NCBI GenBank assembly: GCA_034226945.1 | Contig: CP120458.1 | Coordinates: 682,001 to 746,000 of the forward strand | Length of the DNA: 64,000 nt | Reading direction: 5' to 3' | From: Picochlorum sp. SENEW3 | Lineage: Eukaryota | In this document: one piece after another, positions 38,485-49,470 of the stretch | Position numbering within the stretch: position 1 is the stretch's first letter | How the letters are laid out: every line of letters begins with the position of its first letter | Program-made: the position numbers and the translations under genes | Notes under the pieces: model-generated | Told to the model about the DNA's origin: nothing | Seen by the model: the letters and a program-made list of their open reading frames with translations, nothing else | Databases searched by the model: none

Positions 38485-39511
38485 CTTCATATGATCGATA
38501 GTAAGCAATAGATATTTTTTAATTGTAAGGGCGATATAAAGGCAATCAATCGCCAGAGTCGCACTGGTGGCAACGCTTCACGGGACTCATGGGCGACCAG
38601 GACTCTCCACCACTGTGGACTCAGGAGCAGGGCAGAGTGCTTCAAAGTCTAGATATCATACCCTTTGATTCACAGAAATGTGAAAAGGACTTTTGGGACC
38701 TGCGCCGCGGGACTGATGCCTTCGACCAGGCTCTCGGAGCACGGGTTGAGGCAGGGAAGCTGTATGAGATATCTGGGGAGCGATATTACACGTCCTTGAG
38801 GAGACAGGGACGACTGCGTCTTCCAATTCAGACGTTTCACGATGCCAATATCATCTACTTGAAAAGAATATGCTATGCGTTTGGCGGCGAAGACATACCG
38901 CGCGACGAAGACCTGCGCGAAAATCTGGTCTTCAATAACGGGTTCTGGCCGCTGCGTACCAGGCCATATATTGTCGCGTGCCCATCTGCTTTATCGCTGC
39001 CTTCCAGTGTGATTTCGTTTCCTTGTATATTGAATATATATGAGGTTGATGAGCCCGCAACCATGCCGAAGTCAGTGCCCAAGTATGCCAAGGACTTAAT
39101 GCAATTCCACCTGTTAGTGATGAAGCAAGATATGCCGAGCTTGTTGTTTGACGATGACGTTGCAGACCTTGTTGGGATGTGTATTTTCGTCCTCAAAGAC
39201 CCTGACATGAATACACTTGATCGAGGCGTACCTGTCTGCGAGTTCTTCCTTGTTTCTTTGAGCAAAGAAGAAGAGCAGGTTTTGACTCACACTGGCATCC
39301 AAGTTCTTTCAGACCATTATATGCAGCATACGATTCCGAGGGATCGATGCAGTATTGAAAAAGAATATTTAAATCCTCAAAATTTGAGTGAGTATCCCTG
39401 GCAGAGAAGACCTATGCGTGAGGGTCGTCCTTCGTATGAATGTGGGCAAAGTGTCATTAGGAGGAAAGATGGTGTTTGGGGTATGATTCTACAAGAACGG
39501 GAACATATCGA
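38485..39511 (+). mobile_element. Internal fragment of the MULE element (second copy of about 19249-20274)
   Basis: ORF 38589 is nearly identical to ORF 19352 up to EREHID; no TIR. Confidence 0.9.
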
Positions 39512-39549
39512 TATATACCCTATGATATTGAAAGTCTGCGACAGACAGC

Positions 39550-39826
39550 GTTGAATCGTGGCTATTATGCAAGAATCGGTGCCTTGTGGTGGCCTCCGGA
39601 ATTTCCTTAATAAGTACCACAGGTCGACGTCCAGGCTTCTCAAAATTTTCACACAACCCAATTTACTCAGAGGCCCATAACTTTTCGAATATCGCACCAA
39701 ATCTCCCCATTTTCGTTTCAATAGACATATTTTCTTACCATCTTTCCGGTGAACCGGTCGAAATAATAAAATACGCTCCTCAGGAAAATTTGGGATTTAA
39801 GGAGGCCACCACATTTTCTGTGAGTG
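39550..39826 (+). mobile_element. Terminal fragment of a diverged CACTA subfamily (CACTC terminus, inverted relative to copies 1 and 2)
   Basis: Reverse complement reads CACTCACAGAAAATGTGGTGGCCTCCTTAAATCCC and aligns with about 2586-2860. Confidence 0.82.
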
Positions 39827-40164
39827 CAAAAAGTTCTTTTGATGGGATGGTATCAGAGGACCAAATATGGCATGTGCACTGAATTTCCATGTCCCACTAT
39901 TTCCATATAAGAAGACTATCAGAATGCTGCCGGTGACAGTAAGTCTCTAGAAAAGCCTCTCTGGTCTCTCAGAATGCCTCATCAAGCCCAAAAACTCGTC
40001 CAGTAGGTGGCAGTCAACGTGGGGATGACTGAAGTGATATGGACTCTCCCGTGCTGTATATCTGGTCTATCGTTGCTGGAACTTCGATCAGGACACACCA
40101 AACTATCATTATTATGGTATAAGAACTTAACATTCAATGAAAAGCTAATGCAACGCCATATTTC

Positions 40165-40309
40165 GTGGCGATAGCTTGGCGATAGCGTCACACGCTATCG
40201 ATCTAATCTATAATCTCCTATCAAATGTCCATTTGACCGATGCTATTGACAAAATCAAGCGATCGGTCGATAGCGTGTAAATTCCGGACCACGCTATCGC
40301 CCAACTCTA
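40165..40309 (+). mobile_element. Right end of the hAT-like element
   Basis: Several CGATAGC/CGCTATCG motifs in both orientations ending in CCCAACTCTA. Confidence 0.5.
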
Positions 40310-40348
40310 AAGACTGGAAAATAAAATAAAAACCTATTAGGTTCGTTA

Positions 40349-40371
40349 AACGAAATTTAAAATTTTTACTG
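40349..40371 (-). repeat. pogo-type TIR (right), flanked by TA
   Basis: AACGAAATTTAAAATTTTTACTG|TA differs at one position from the pogo terminus at 26222-26244. Confidence 0.75.
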
Positions 40372-40436
40372 TATCAATTACACACGTGACATAGAGCAAT
40401 CGAATGCAAACCGGGCCCCGAAAGGGCCCATACAGA

Positions 40437-40632
40437 GAAGAGGCCTTATTTAAGACCCCCTGTAGTTTAGGGATTTCCCATCAAATGGTCCAGGGACCGG
40501 GTAGGGTCGGGTAGGGGGCCGGGGGATTAGGGTATTAGGGTTAGAAAACATGTAGATTTTGGACCGTGTTTGGCCGGTCGGATATTTTAAGCGACCGGTG
40601 ATTTAGCTCGGGGTCTTGAATAAGACCTCTTC
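40437..40632. mobile_element. MITE-like element, 196 bp, 23-bp imperfect TIRs, G-rich telomere-like core
   Basis: GAAGAGGCCTTATTTAAGACCCC ... GGGGTCTTGAATAAGACCTCTTC (2 mismatches); no clear TSD. Confidence 0.6.
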
Positions 40633-40683
40633 CATACCTCAAAGGGCCTGGGTGCAAGCCTGGCAAGGAAAAGGTTTCAGGTT

Positions 40684-40875
40684 TGCAAGTGCTGTGGAAT
40701 GAGTTGGAGAGGCTACACTTTGAACATAGGGCTCCGTCCTAGCAGAAAGGCTGTCTGTGTGGGTCTGATCAACCGCTGCAACCGTCCTTTCAATTTCGGA
40801 ATAGATATCTGAGTAAAAATTCAATGATCCGTGTTGAGCAAGGTGATGGGTCTGTAATTGATGGCCTGATGCCTC
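40684..40875 (-). mobile_element. Degenerate LINE-B RT fragment
   Basis: Aligns by eye with about 16058-16249. Confidence 0.8.
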
Positions 40876-41344
40876 CTTTCGATCCGAATATCAGTATGCA
40901 TACAACATATGTTGATTGAAATGTTATGGGACTTGTGTCAATAAGGGGCCGACAAGAATGTTTTGGGCATTCTGGCCATTGTGTTTGATGGACCTTGAGG
41001 ATGATTCTTCCAAACGCTTTAGTGCCGAGTTACACTCACACATGACAGACAAATAGTTTTCGTTGAATATCACTTTCTATGAAGACTGTATGGGAGGTTA
41101 GACAATTACAATCAAAGACAGATTCAGTTGCTGATTTGGCATACCCTGGAACTCCACATGCAGTACAAATAGATCTGCTGGAGCAAACGGATTTACTATA
41201 ACAGCAAGACTCCAAAAAAATAAAAAATAACCATATTTAAGAAAACGAAAATCATTCGTGGCTTGGATTCGTATTTGCCCTCCCGTCCGACATCGCTCCA
41301 CATTTCCATTTGCTGCTTAGCAGATTTTATGCTCTTAGAGAGCT

Positions 41345-42622
41345 CTAAATACACTCAATGGACATATTAACACCCACTGACCTGATGATAGATTTCTCTG
41401 CGGCGACCTTAAAACGTTGGAAAGGATAACATGGTATATTTCTCACAATATTTACGGACTGGAAGCGGTCCTGGGGTACAGTACCGGTCAAATCCTTGTC
41501 TAGCGAGGCTTGCAAAACCTGCTCCATCTCAAGTTCAAGGATGGGCACGTGGTATTTACTCATCCTCCCATTCTTAGTCTCCAAGTCTATATTTATTCCT
41601 AGGTATTTATTTGGTGCATGATGGACGAGAGAACAAAAATATTCAGCTGCAGGAACAACAATCCTAAAAAATTTTTCCATCCAAAGTGTTGAACCATAAT
41701 ATGGATTGAATTCTCCCACATTATCGTCAATCTCTAGATCCCAGGCTGGATCCTGATCTGTTAGTTCCACAAGTGTTTCTCTATCAATCATGTACATCCT
41801 ACCCATGAAATTCTCTTGGAAATGTAGGAAGAGTGTGCCATCATATTTGATCACATCGAAATACTTACTTCTGTAGCCAACAAAGTTTATTACTTGATCT
41901 CGATGGTATAAGTCGTTCAATCGCGAATGGGGCGTGATGGAGATATTACTCATGAGCCTACTGGGTATTCCCTCAAAATCACCGAATCCCGGGTACATAG
42001 CAGTGGCCCTTAGATACCGTCGCCATTTGTTGAAATATATCACATGGTGTAGCTTGACATGGGCATCATCTTCTTGTGAGATAAACAGATCATAATGTCT
42101 GGCATTAATGCTGAACAGTTTTCGGTGCTGAAACTGCAATGTTCCTGCAGTTCCAAAGTTCTTCCCCGAGAGTGCTTGACGTGGAAAACTTTCGTCTTTA
42201 ATATTCAGCTGAGTTGGGAAATCAATATCGCATGCTAAACTCGACAATTTCCCAAATGATCTGTGTGGAGATGTCAAAATAGCAGTAATATTATCTGCTG
42301 CTCCCTCAAGACCCTCATAAGTTACTAGGGCAATGTCCACACGAAATCCAGAGCAGGAAACATTCGCATAGCTACTGATTTGATCCAGCAGATACCCCCA
42401 TCTTGATTTGTTCCATTCAGGCTCCCCCCATAAACCGGTGATAGCTACGTATATCCGCTGACCAGGCTGAGATACTCCCGTTCTAAATACCCTTTTCTCA
42501 AAATTAATTTTACGCATCGATGCGTAAATTGGGGATATCCCCAAGTAAAGCAGGATTAGAGAAAAGGGCACATACAAGAAGGCCAAATTCTGACACACCT
42601 TAAGGTGTGCTCCGGAGCACAT
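41345..42622 (-). CDS. Putative type II membrane GT-A-fold glycosyltransferase (425 aa)
   Basis: N-terminal TM segment (LAFLYVPFSLILLYLGI); YDLFISQEDD resembles a DxD-type motif; intronless. Family not determined. Confidence 0.6.
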   Translation of the reverse strand: MCSGAHLKVCQNLAFLYVPFSLILLYLGISPIYASMRKINFEKRVFRTGVSQPGQRIYVAITGLWGEPEWNKSRWGYLLDQISSYANVSCSGFRVDIALVTYEGLEGAADNITAILTSPHRSFGKLSSLACDIDFPTQLNIKDESFPRQALSGKNFGTAGTLQFQHRKLFSINARHYDLFISQEDDAHVKLHHVIYFNKWRRYLRATAMYPGFGDFEGIPSRLMSNISITPHSRLNDLYHRDQVINFVGYRSKYFDVIKYDGTLFLHFQENFMGRMYMIDRETLVELTDQDPAWDLEIDDNVGEFNPYYGSTLWMEKFFRIVVPAAEYFCSLVHHAPNKYLGINIDLETKNGRMSKYHVPILELEMEQVLQASLDKDLTGTVPQDRFQSVNIVRNIPCYPFQRFKVAAEKSIIRSVGVNMSIECI

Positions 42623-42625
42623 CGA

Positions 42626-42835
42626 TTTTTTTTTTTTAACAGGGGATTATTAGGCCGTCGAGAATTAATCTTCCTGTACGCGTCGAGCAGATTCTGTAGA
42701 AACGCGCGGGCGGGCGGGCGGGCGGGCGGGGATTTTTAAGAAACTGTCGAAATATAGGTCATAATAAAGATGTTAGGTGCTTATTGAGCCAGTTAAATGT
42801 TTTTTATAGGGGATTATCACACAGTCGAAAAATAT
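42626..42835 (-). mobile_element. Short retroposed elements bearing LINE-A-like 3' tails (SINE-like)
   Basis: Two poly(T)-..AGGGGATTAT..GTCGA motifs at 42626 and 42800, with a (GGGC)n tract at 42708-42731 between them. Confidence 0.55.
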
Positions 42836-43465
42836 TTTTACGGGCCTATAGGGGGGAAAAACTTTATATAGCTGTAACCACAAACGCGATTCCCGCTTCC
42901 CTGCAGCAGGATAAATTACACTGTGTACATAAAACTCAATATTAATACATTATAAGACTGGAACAGGGAAGCCAAGAAGTGCCTTGGGACGTGGCGTTCG
43001 TGAGCGACGAATTAGTGAAAAAATCGGTACAAAAAGCGTGCGTGCACTTATATGTTGCACACCGAGTACCATCGGGACAGTACATTAAATACAAAAGATT
43101 AAGATACACATTATAGGGGTGAATGGCACGCCCGGGTGGCTAGACATCACTTACAGAAAGGATGGTGGCCTCCTTAAATCCCAAAATTCTCTGAGGGGCG
43201 TATTTTATTATTTCGATGACGCCATCGAATAGAGGGTAAGAAAATATGTCTATTGAAACAAAAATGAGGAAATTTGGTGCGATATTCGAAAAGTTATGGG
43301 GCCCTGTGTAAAATGGCTTGTGTGAAAATTTTCTGAAGTCAGGTCGACCGCCTGTGATACTAATTAAGGAACTTCTGGTGTCGATCACAAGGCACCCAGA
43401 TCTTCCACAATAGCCTCGATTCACTGCTGTTACTTGGAAATTATTTATACTTTATCCGTTTATTG

Positions 43466-46400
43466 TCATTCGATATCGACACTGTCCGCTGCTGCGAAGG
43501 TGGAACCTCGGGTTGGGAAGAAGGCAAGCATTTTGTCCATTTCTTTCTTGTGGCCGTCCTCCACAAGCTTGTAGTGGGGCCATTCTCCCTCCCAACCATC
43601 TTTTGACATTTGAAAACTAGAAACTTGGCAGACGATATCGTCGATCGGTACGCTGAACACACGTTCGTCATGCCTCCACAGCCTCTCTCCTGTGAACTCC
43701 TTCACCATGTACACAGTGGTTCCATGGTAATCCATCTTTTCCGTCTCATATATCCCACAAATCGCGTATCGTTCCACTTCATCTGGCTTCCGGGGACTGA
43801 ATACGCGGACAAATTCATACACCACCCCAACATGGTGAGCCTCAGAATCCTTGTCCCTCAGCAAGACAAAGTGTGACCGCCTCTTTGTATCACGCCTGTC
43901 ATAGAATGTTTTCACACAACAGCCTTTGCCATCTACCAAGACGTTGCAAGAAAAATGACTGTACAATTTGATATCTCTCTGCGGCTCCCTCGGTCTCTCG
44001 TCCTGGTGCTTTGTGTGAAACTCCCTGATGAGATTCAACTTCTTCTTCTCGATGGACTCCCTCAGCTTATCCTTCTGCTGCTTCGCAGCATCTCGAGCCT
44101 CGATGCATTTCGTCGTACTTCGCTCTACTCCTTTCCCTTGAAGAGCATACGTGGTGCTTGGATGGGCGTCGTACATGGTGCCCGAAGCCGTTCGGTGTTG
44201 CTTCGGGGCATACACTGGGATGGCACTCTGGTCGGCTGGCCCTAACTTGTGCTTGGCTTTCTCCAATGCCGATCTGATAAGATACCGTTTTGCTAATGTT
44301 GCCTCGGGCGTATTGATACAACTCGTCGAGGAGACGGCCCGCATAGCCCGTTCGACCCACAGCTCTGACAACTGGTGCAGTGGGCCCACAAAGGCCTCCT
44401 GGTGATGCAGGAGGCAGTTGGCTGTATGGAGGTTGGGCGTCAGCAATTCGTATGCCTTCTCTTCCTGACATATCCTCGAGAACTGGTGTAGATGCCAGAG
44501 GGCTTGAGATGGCTCGAGCCGGCCGGCTTCAGCGTGGCTCAGGTGATGCATGACAAACTGCCTCAAATGTGCCCAACCTTCCATGCCCTTGGGTGTGAGC
44601 ACAGAAACACCCGTCACCTCCTCGTTGAACAGGGCACATGAATGTACTTCTACGAAAACTTTGACTTCCTCGCAAATCCAAGAGTAGCAGTGCTCTAATG
44701 GCGAGTATGGACGATTGAACGAGTTGTTCAGAGTAATTCCTCTCTCCAATTTCTTGACAGTCTTCTTGCTGTAGACTCTCATACTCCTGCTGTCGGGATC
44801 ACTGGTTTTCTTGTTGCCGTGGCCATCCCACAAATATTTGATAAAGTTTTTTGTTATTCCTAAGAGAATCAGATGGTATAGAGGAGCTGGTATCCCGTGC
44901 TTGACGTGCAAAGTAGGCACGGCATGAAACACTTTTGCATAGTCATGAATCCCAAGCCGATCCTGCCATTCTTGCGTGCTCGATCCGTCGTATATGCCAT
45001 GGGGCATCACAGTTTTCATAATATTTAATATATGTTCCAGGTCAGCGTGTCCGATCGCGGACTGCTGCTGAATTGCATCATCATCACAGCGGGACAACTG
45101 GAACTCTTCGTTGGTGATTCCATTGATATGTGTGACAGGATCCTCCTCCTCGTAGCCTGTGAGTAGCCTTCTCTTATATGATTTGCCGTTTTTGCTAGTT
45201 ATGGCTTCTGAGGCCCGCTGCCAGCAAAAGTAGCACCCTTTGATGGCGTTCCCTGGAGCGCACATGTGGATCTTTTCTCTGGCCTTGGCATCTGCATGAA
45301 TGAATCCCAGTATGGGTCGATGAACTCCAGTATGTCTCACCACATGACCATCTTCTTCCAGTTCATCATACTGATATTCCATGGGAGATGAGCGGAGGCG
45401 CTCAAACTCTTCACCAATAAAACATAAGAAGGGGTTGAGGTTTTTGGGTTCTTTTGGGCCTGGGATAATTCCCAACAATCTCGTGTTGCAGCTGAGATAT
45501 CGGCCTTCAGGGTCCATATCTTCACACTTTAATACAATCAGAGTACAAGAATGTGCTTTCCTTCCAAAAGGCTGGGATCCATCCACGCCGATCGACCAGA
45601 TACTAGTTGTGTCGTCGCCTGCTGTGCTTTCCCTCTCCTTGATCCATTTGAACCACTCGGATGTGTACACCGTGTTTCCTGCGCGACCGCTTTCGATGCT
45701 TTTGTTTCTTGATTCTCGAAATTTGCGCGAAGCGAACAGACTCTGCATACAGTCTTGCACCCCAAAGTAATAAAAGTGCTGCATGGGTCTTGGGCTCCCA
45801 CCCCTGTCGGCCGTGAACCTCTTCCTACCACACCCTGCTCCACATTCTTCACGCATGTCCCTATCTTTGAACGGGACGACGTTGTCGTAGATGTATCCGC
45901 AGGGACACTTATGGTATTCGACAGTCTGAAGGTCTGGAACATCCATGGCCTTCCTCAGAAGGTGGATGGATGGTGGAATGATCATCCTGTCATGGTTGCT
46001 CCTCCCCATCCGAACTACGCTCAAGATATCCTGCATGAGCTCTTTTGATACAGCATGCTTTAACTCTATTTCGAGGAGCGCAGATGTGAGCTGAAGCAAA
46101 GTGCAGGGTGCCTCATCTTCCTCGTCTTCATCCTCTTGTGGCTGATCCAGCCCCTCGCCACGTTCCTTCCCCAACACTGCCATTAGAAAGGTTTGGAAAT
46201 GCGACCCCTGAGTGCACCGAAAGCGTTCACTAGGTACATTCTCGCCATTTGGCTCATGCTCATCACTCGAAGCGTCGCTGTCTTCAAGGTCCTGCAGGAA
46301 GATAGCTTTCACTCTTCAGAACAACAAGAACCAGAATCAGGAAGCATGACATGTGTCTCCTCACCTCGGTGCACACGCTGCCCTCATCGGATGATTCCAC

Positions 46401-46880
46401 TGCTTCATCAAAATCTTCACAGGAGCGAATTGGTAGAGTTTCGTCTCGGTCATAAGGGAGGAGAGTAGTGGACACTTGTCGATCGAGTTGGATTGTGGCA
46501 GCACCATCTTCAAGACTCCTTGGGTGGCACTCATCCGTCACCGCCACATCGAACTTCAAGGCAATCTCTGGATGCTTATTTCGTATGTGCTGGAGCAATT
46601 TCCGTCGATCTAGGTCTCCCGGCTGATTGAGGCACATCCTCTCATAGATGTGAGGCTTCCCATGATAGCCACAAGACTTCCCATACGGGCACTGCACTCG
46701 GCACAACACCTGCCTAGATTCTCGATCGAATCGAATTATGGATGGTCGACATTCACGCTCCAGATGAATGCAAGACTGATGAAAGTCGGTCCACAGTTTT
46801 GCTACCTTTTTTGTTCCAGTTCTCCTCCTCTTTGACCTTCTCCCTCCCTGGGAGGTACTTTGCTCCGTATCACGATTCAT
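43466..46880 (-). CDS. CACTA transposase, two exons (46880-46365, 46291-43466), intact
   Basis: Same motifs as copy 1; predicted intron 46292-46364. Confidence 0.88.
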
Positions 46881-47002
46881 TGGAGATTGAACCAAAAAAC
46901 CATTATTTTATTGTACATGAGCCGTGATGATATGTTGGCAAATCGATAGGAGTCGCTCTCGCACGATGGTTTGCAGATGCATTCAATGATTGGTATGGCA
47001 TT

Positions 47003-48322
47003 TTGAATTCCTCATGTTGCGGACGAGCTGCACTTTGGTTCCATTCGCCCTCTGGACCAGCAGAATATATAAAGTATATCCAAAATAAGGTCTCGATGAT
47101 TCGAATCAAACCCAAATCGGGAAAAGGTCCCTGTCTAGAAATTCAAACATCCGGGTCAGCAGCACCCGGAGACGACTATTTCAAGCAAATCGCGTCGTTT
47201 CGAGAGAAGGAGGGAATACAGAATGAGATTGTTATCGAAGCTGAGGATTGCTCGGGAATACGAGTGGATCTGGATTACCTGGCCCCGGAAATGGAGGACA
47301 TCTTGTGGTGGTTGGAGGCAAGCCCTCCCCCTGAAGTTGCCAACTCTTTTCCCTTAGATGTTGATGAGGGAGGCGATGTCTCGATCGGAGACAGTTCAGA
47401 AATGATGTTTGTTGAGGATACGCATCTAGAGAAACACGCTCGCGAGGCATGCATGAAGTACTGGGCCAGGTCTCCTGTGAATAATGACTTTGAGCAGTGT
47501 CGAGCATACCTGTCCAAGAAAAAAGGTATGCCCAAGGCACATGAGATCCTTTTCGAGTTATGCAAAGAAAAAGTTGTGCTGGAATGCGGAGAATTGTCCA
47601 GGGTTTCGAGATCATACACAGCAGATAGACTCATGACATACCTCAGCTCAAATCACCGGAATAATCACAACAGACATGTCAGAGACGGTGTCCGGAAAAA
47701 CATGGATGCAGATCGTCACTGGTACCTTCAATTTGGAAGATATCTTATCGATTGCATCGGAGAGTATCTAGATGGACTGAACCATGCGGCAGAAGGCGAC
47801 AAGAGGTTTTCCACCCAAGAGCACTTGCAGCATCTGAGACCCTTCGTGGTACAGAAGCTCCCTGCGTGGTATTCTCCAGACAAGTATTCCTTCATCTTTA
47901 CAGGGGCCACGAAAAATTCTGGAAATGAGATGAATTCGCTTATCATCGACGATCTTGACAAAGTCAGAGAGGAACATCCTGAATTCGACGGGAAGGCTAA
48001 AGCTCTCATGTCTGAACAAATACACAAGCAAGCACTCGACAGTGTCAAACATGTACACGAGGAGAACAAGCGGTTGAAGAAACTGCTTTCCAAGAAAGAT
48101 AAGTCAGAGGATGACGCCAAGGCAGAAAGGGATATCCTCAAGAAACAGTTGGCCGAACTCCAGAAGGAGGTGGAGCAACTGAAGAGCAGACGTCCAGGGG
48201 CAAAGCGTGGTGCGAAGCAGCGCCGAACGCAGGATTGTGGCAACGAATACGCTAAAACATATATCACAGGGACATCCAGGCGACGGAGGCCTCTCGAGGA
48301 TGCACAAGACAAAGAGAATTGA
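47003..48322 (+). CDS. CACTA accessory ORF of unknown function, C-terminal coiled coil and basic NLS-like tail (first ATG at 47096)
   Basis: 439-codon open frame inside the TIRs, divergent from the transposase; heptad-like LKKQLAELQKEVEQLK. Confidence 0.75.
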   Translation: MNSSCCGRAALWFHSPSGPAEYIKYIQNKVSMIRIKPKSGKGPCLEIQTSGSAAPGDDYFKQIASFREKEGIQNEIVIEAEDCSGIRVDLDYLAPEMEDILWWLEASPPPEVANSFPLDVDEGGDVSIGDSSEMMFVEDTHLEKHAREACMKYWARSPVNNDFEQCRAYLSKKKGMPKAHEILFELCKEKVVLECGELSRVSRSYTADRLMTYLSSNHRNNHNRHVRDGVRKNMDADRHWYLQFGRYLIDCIGEYLDGLNHAAEGDKRFSTQEHLQHLRPFVVQKLPAWYSPDKYSFIFTGATKNSGNEMNSLIIDDLDKVREEHPEFDGKAKALMSEQIHKQALDSVKHVHEENKRLKKLLSKKDKSEDDAKAERDILKKQLAELQKEVEQLKSRRPGAKRGAKQRRTQDCGNEYAKTYITGTSRRRRPLEDAQDKEN

Positions 48323-49470
48323 CCCACATCATGGCACCCCGGAGATGCACAAGTGAGCCGTGCGGTTGGGTTGGACGGGTATAGTTTTTTCCAAGTGAAT
48401 ATTTAGCACTGCCCATACAGCCTCAGAATGATACAGTATCAATAAATAAACAATATACACTAATGTAAGTTCCAAATTCGTAGCAGAGCGGCTCGCTCGC
48501 AGCGTGACCAACGACCTTCCATCACTAACGACCACCCTTGTATATGTGCCTGCAGGTATAGAGTCCCTCCAATCACGTCGCCAAACAATTAATAAAGGTA
48601 AGAACTGACAATTATATGTGGTGCAGGTGTGAATAGACGTGGAATGGAGAGGACTCGCCGTCTGGCAACAGACGGTTAACGGTTTTTCCCCAATGGTCGC
48701 CCCAGTGCCTACAGTGGCACAACAAGGGGTGATCATTGGTGGAAAAGCAATGAATAAATCGAATTGTAAAGTATCGTGTAAAAAGAATTAAAAAATCGAG
48801 CAGCCCCGGAGGGGGCGAGCAACGAACTGTCGTAATTAGATATATTAAGTACAACCCGGCTGCGAAAATTTTCCAAAATTCCCCGACCTGCCAGTTAGCA
48901 CGTTCTTTTGATCGAGATTTGATCCAGCGCAGTGGAGCCATTTCACGCACTCCCGCCGCTCTAAAAAGTTGCATTAATACTTAAAAGTTCATATTGTGTC
49001 CAGGGAACGGCGTCTTTACGCGTCAAACATAACTTTTGGACGCTCAGTTTCAAGCGCATCTGCACATCCCTCCGAGAGGCGAACTCCCGGTTGCGCGAAC
49101 CATTTGGCGTCAAATTTTCACGAGATACTCTATTTGTAACAATGATCAATAATATATACGAGCGGGAATATATAATGCCCTGTACGCGACGGAATCAGCG
49201 ACCCAAAATCAAGGGGACAGCCATCCTTTCTGTAAGTGCATGGCCGCAAAGCGACCAGATGGGTCCAACCATTAACTGTCGAATGTCCGTGCGCACCTCT
49301 GCTTGCTATCTGTGCCAGGGTATTGGTTGTCAATTCACCTATAGTGCTTTGATATTCCAGAAGAAATGAATTGCTGGATTTTCTGTCGATGCCTGACGCG
49401 TATCAAAGGGCAGCTCAGGGTAGCATATAGTGCTACACGCGAATTGTAATGTTCCCGGTCAACATCAGCC

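Larger units (their letters stand above)
43148..49238 (-). mobile_element. Complete CACTA/EnSpm transposon (6091 bp), copy 2
   Basis: 18-bp perfect TIRs CACTTACAGAAAGGATGG / CCATCCTTTCTGTAAGTG; 3-bp TSD CAT at 43145-43147 and 49239-49241. Confidence 0.95.

Noticed and set aside
2535..40309. A single intact 38-kb hAT element
   Set aside because: The 8-bp flanks differ (CTTGCTGC vs AAGACTGG) and no hAT transposase was found; only the ends are reported.
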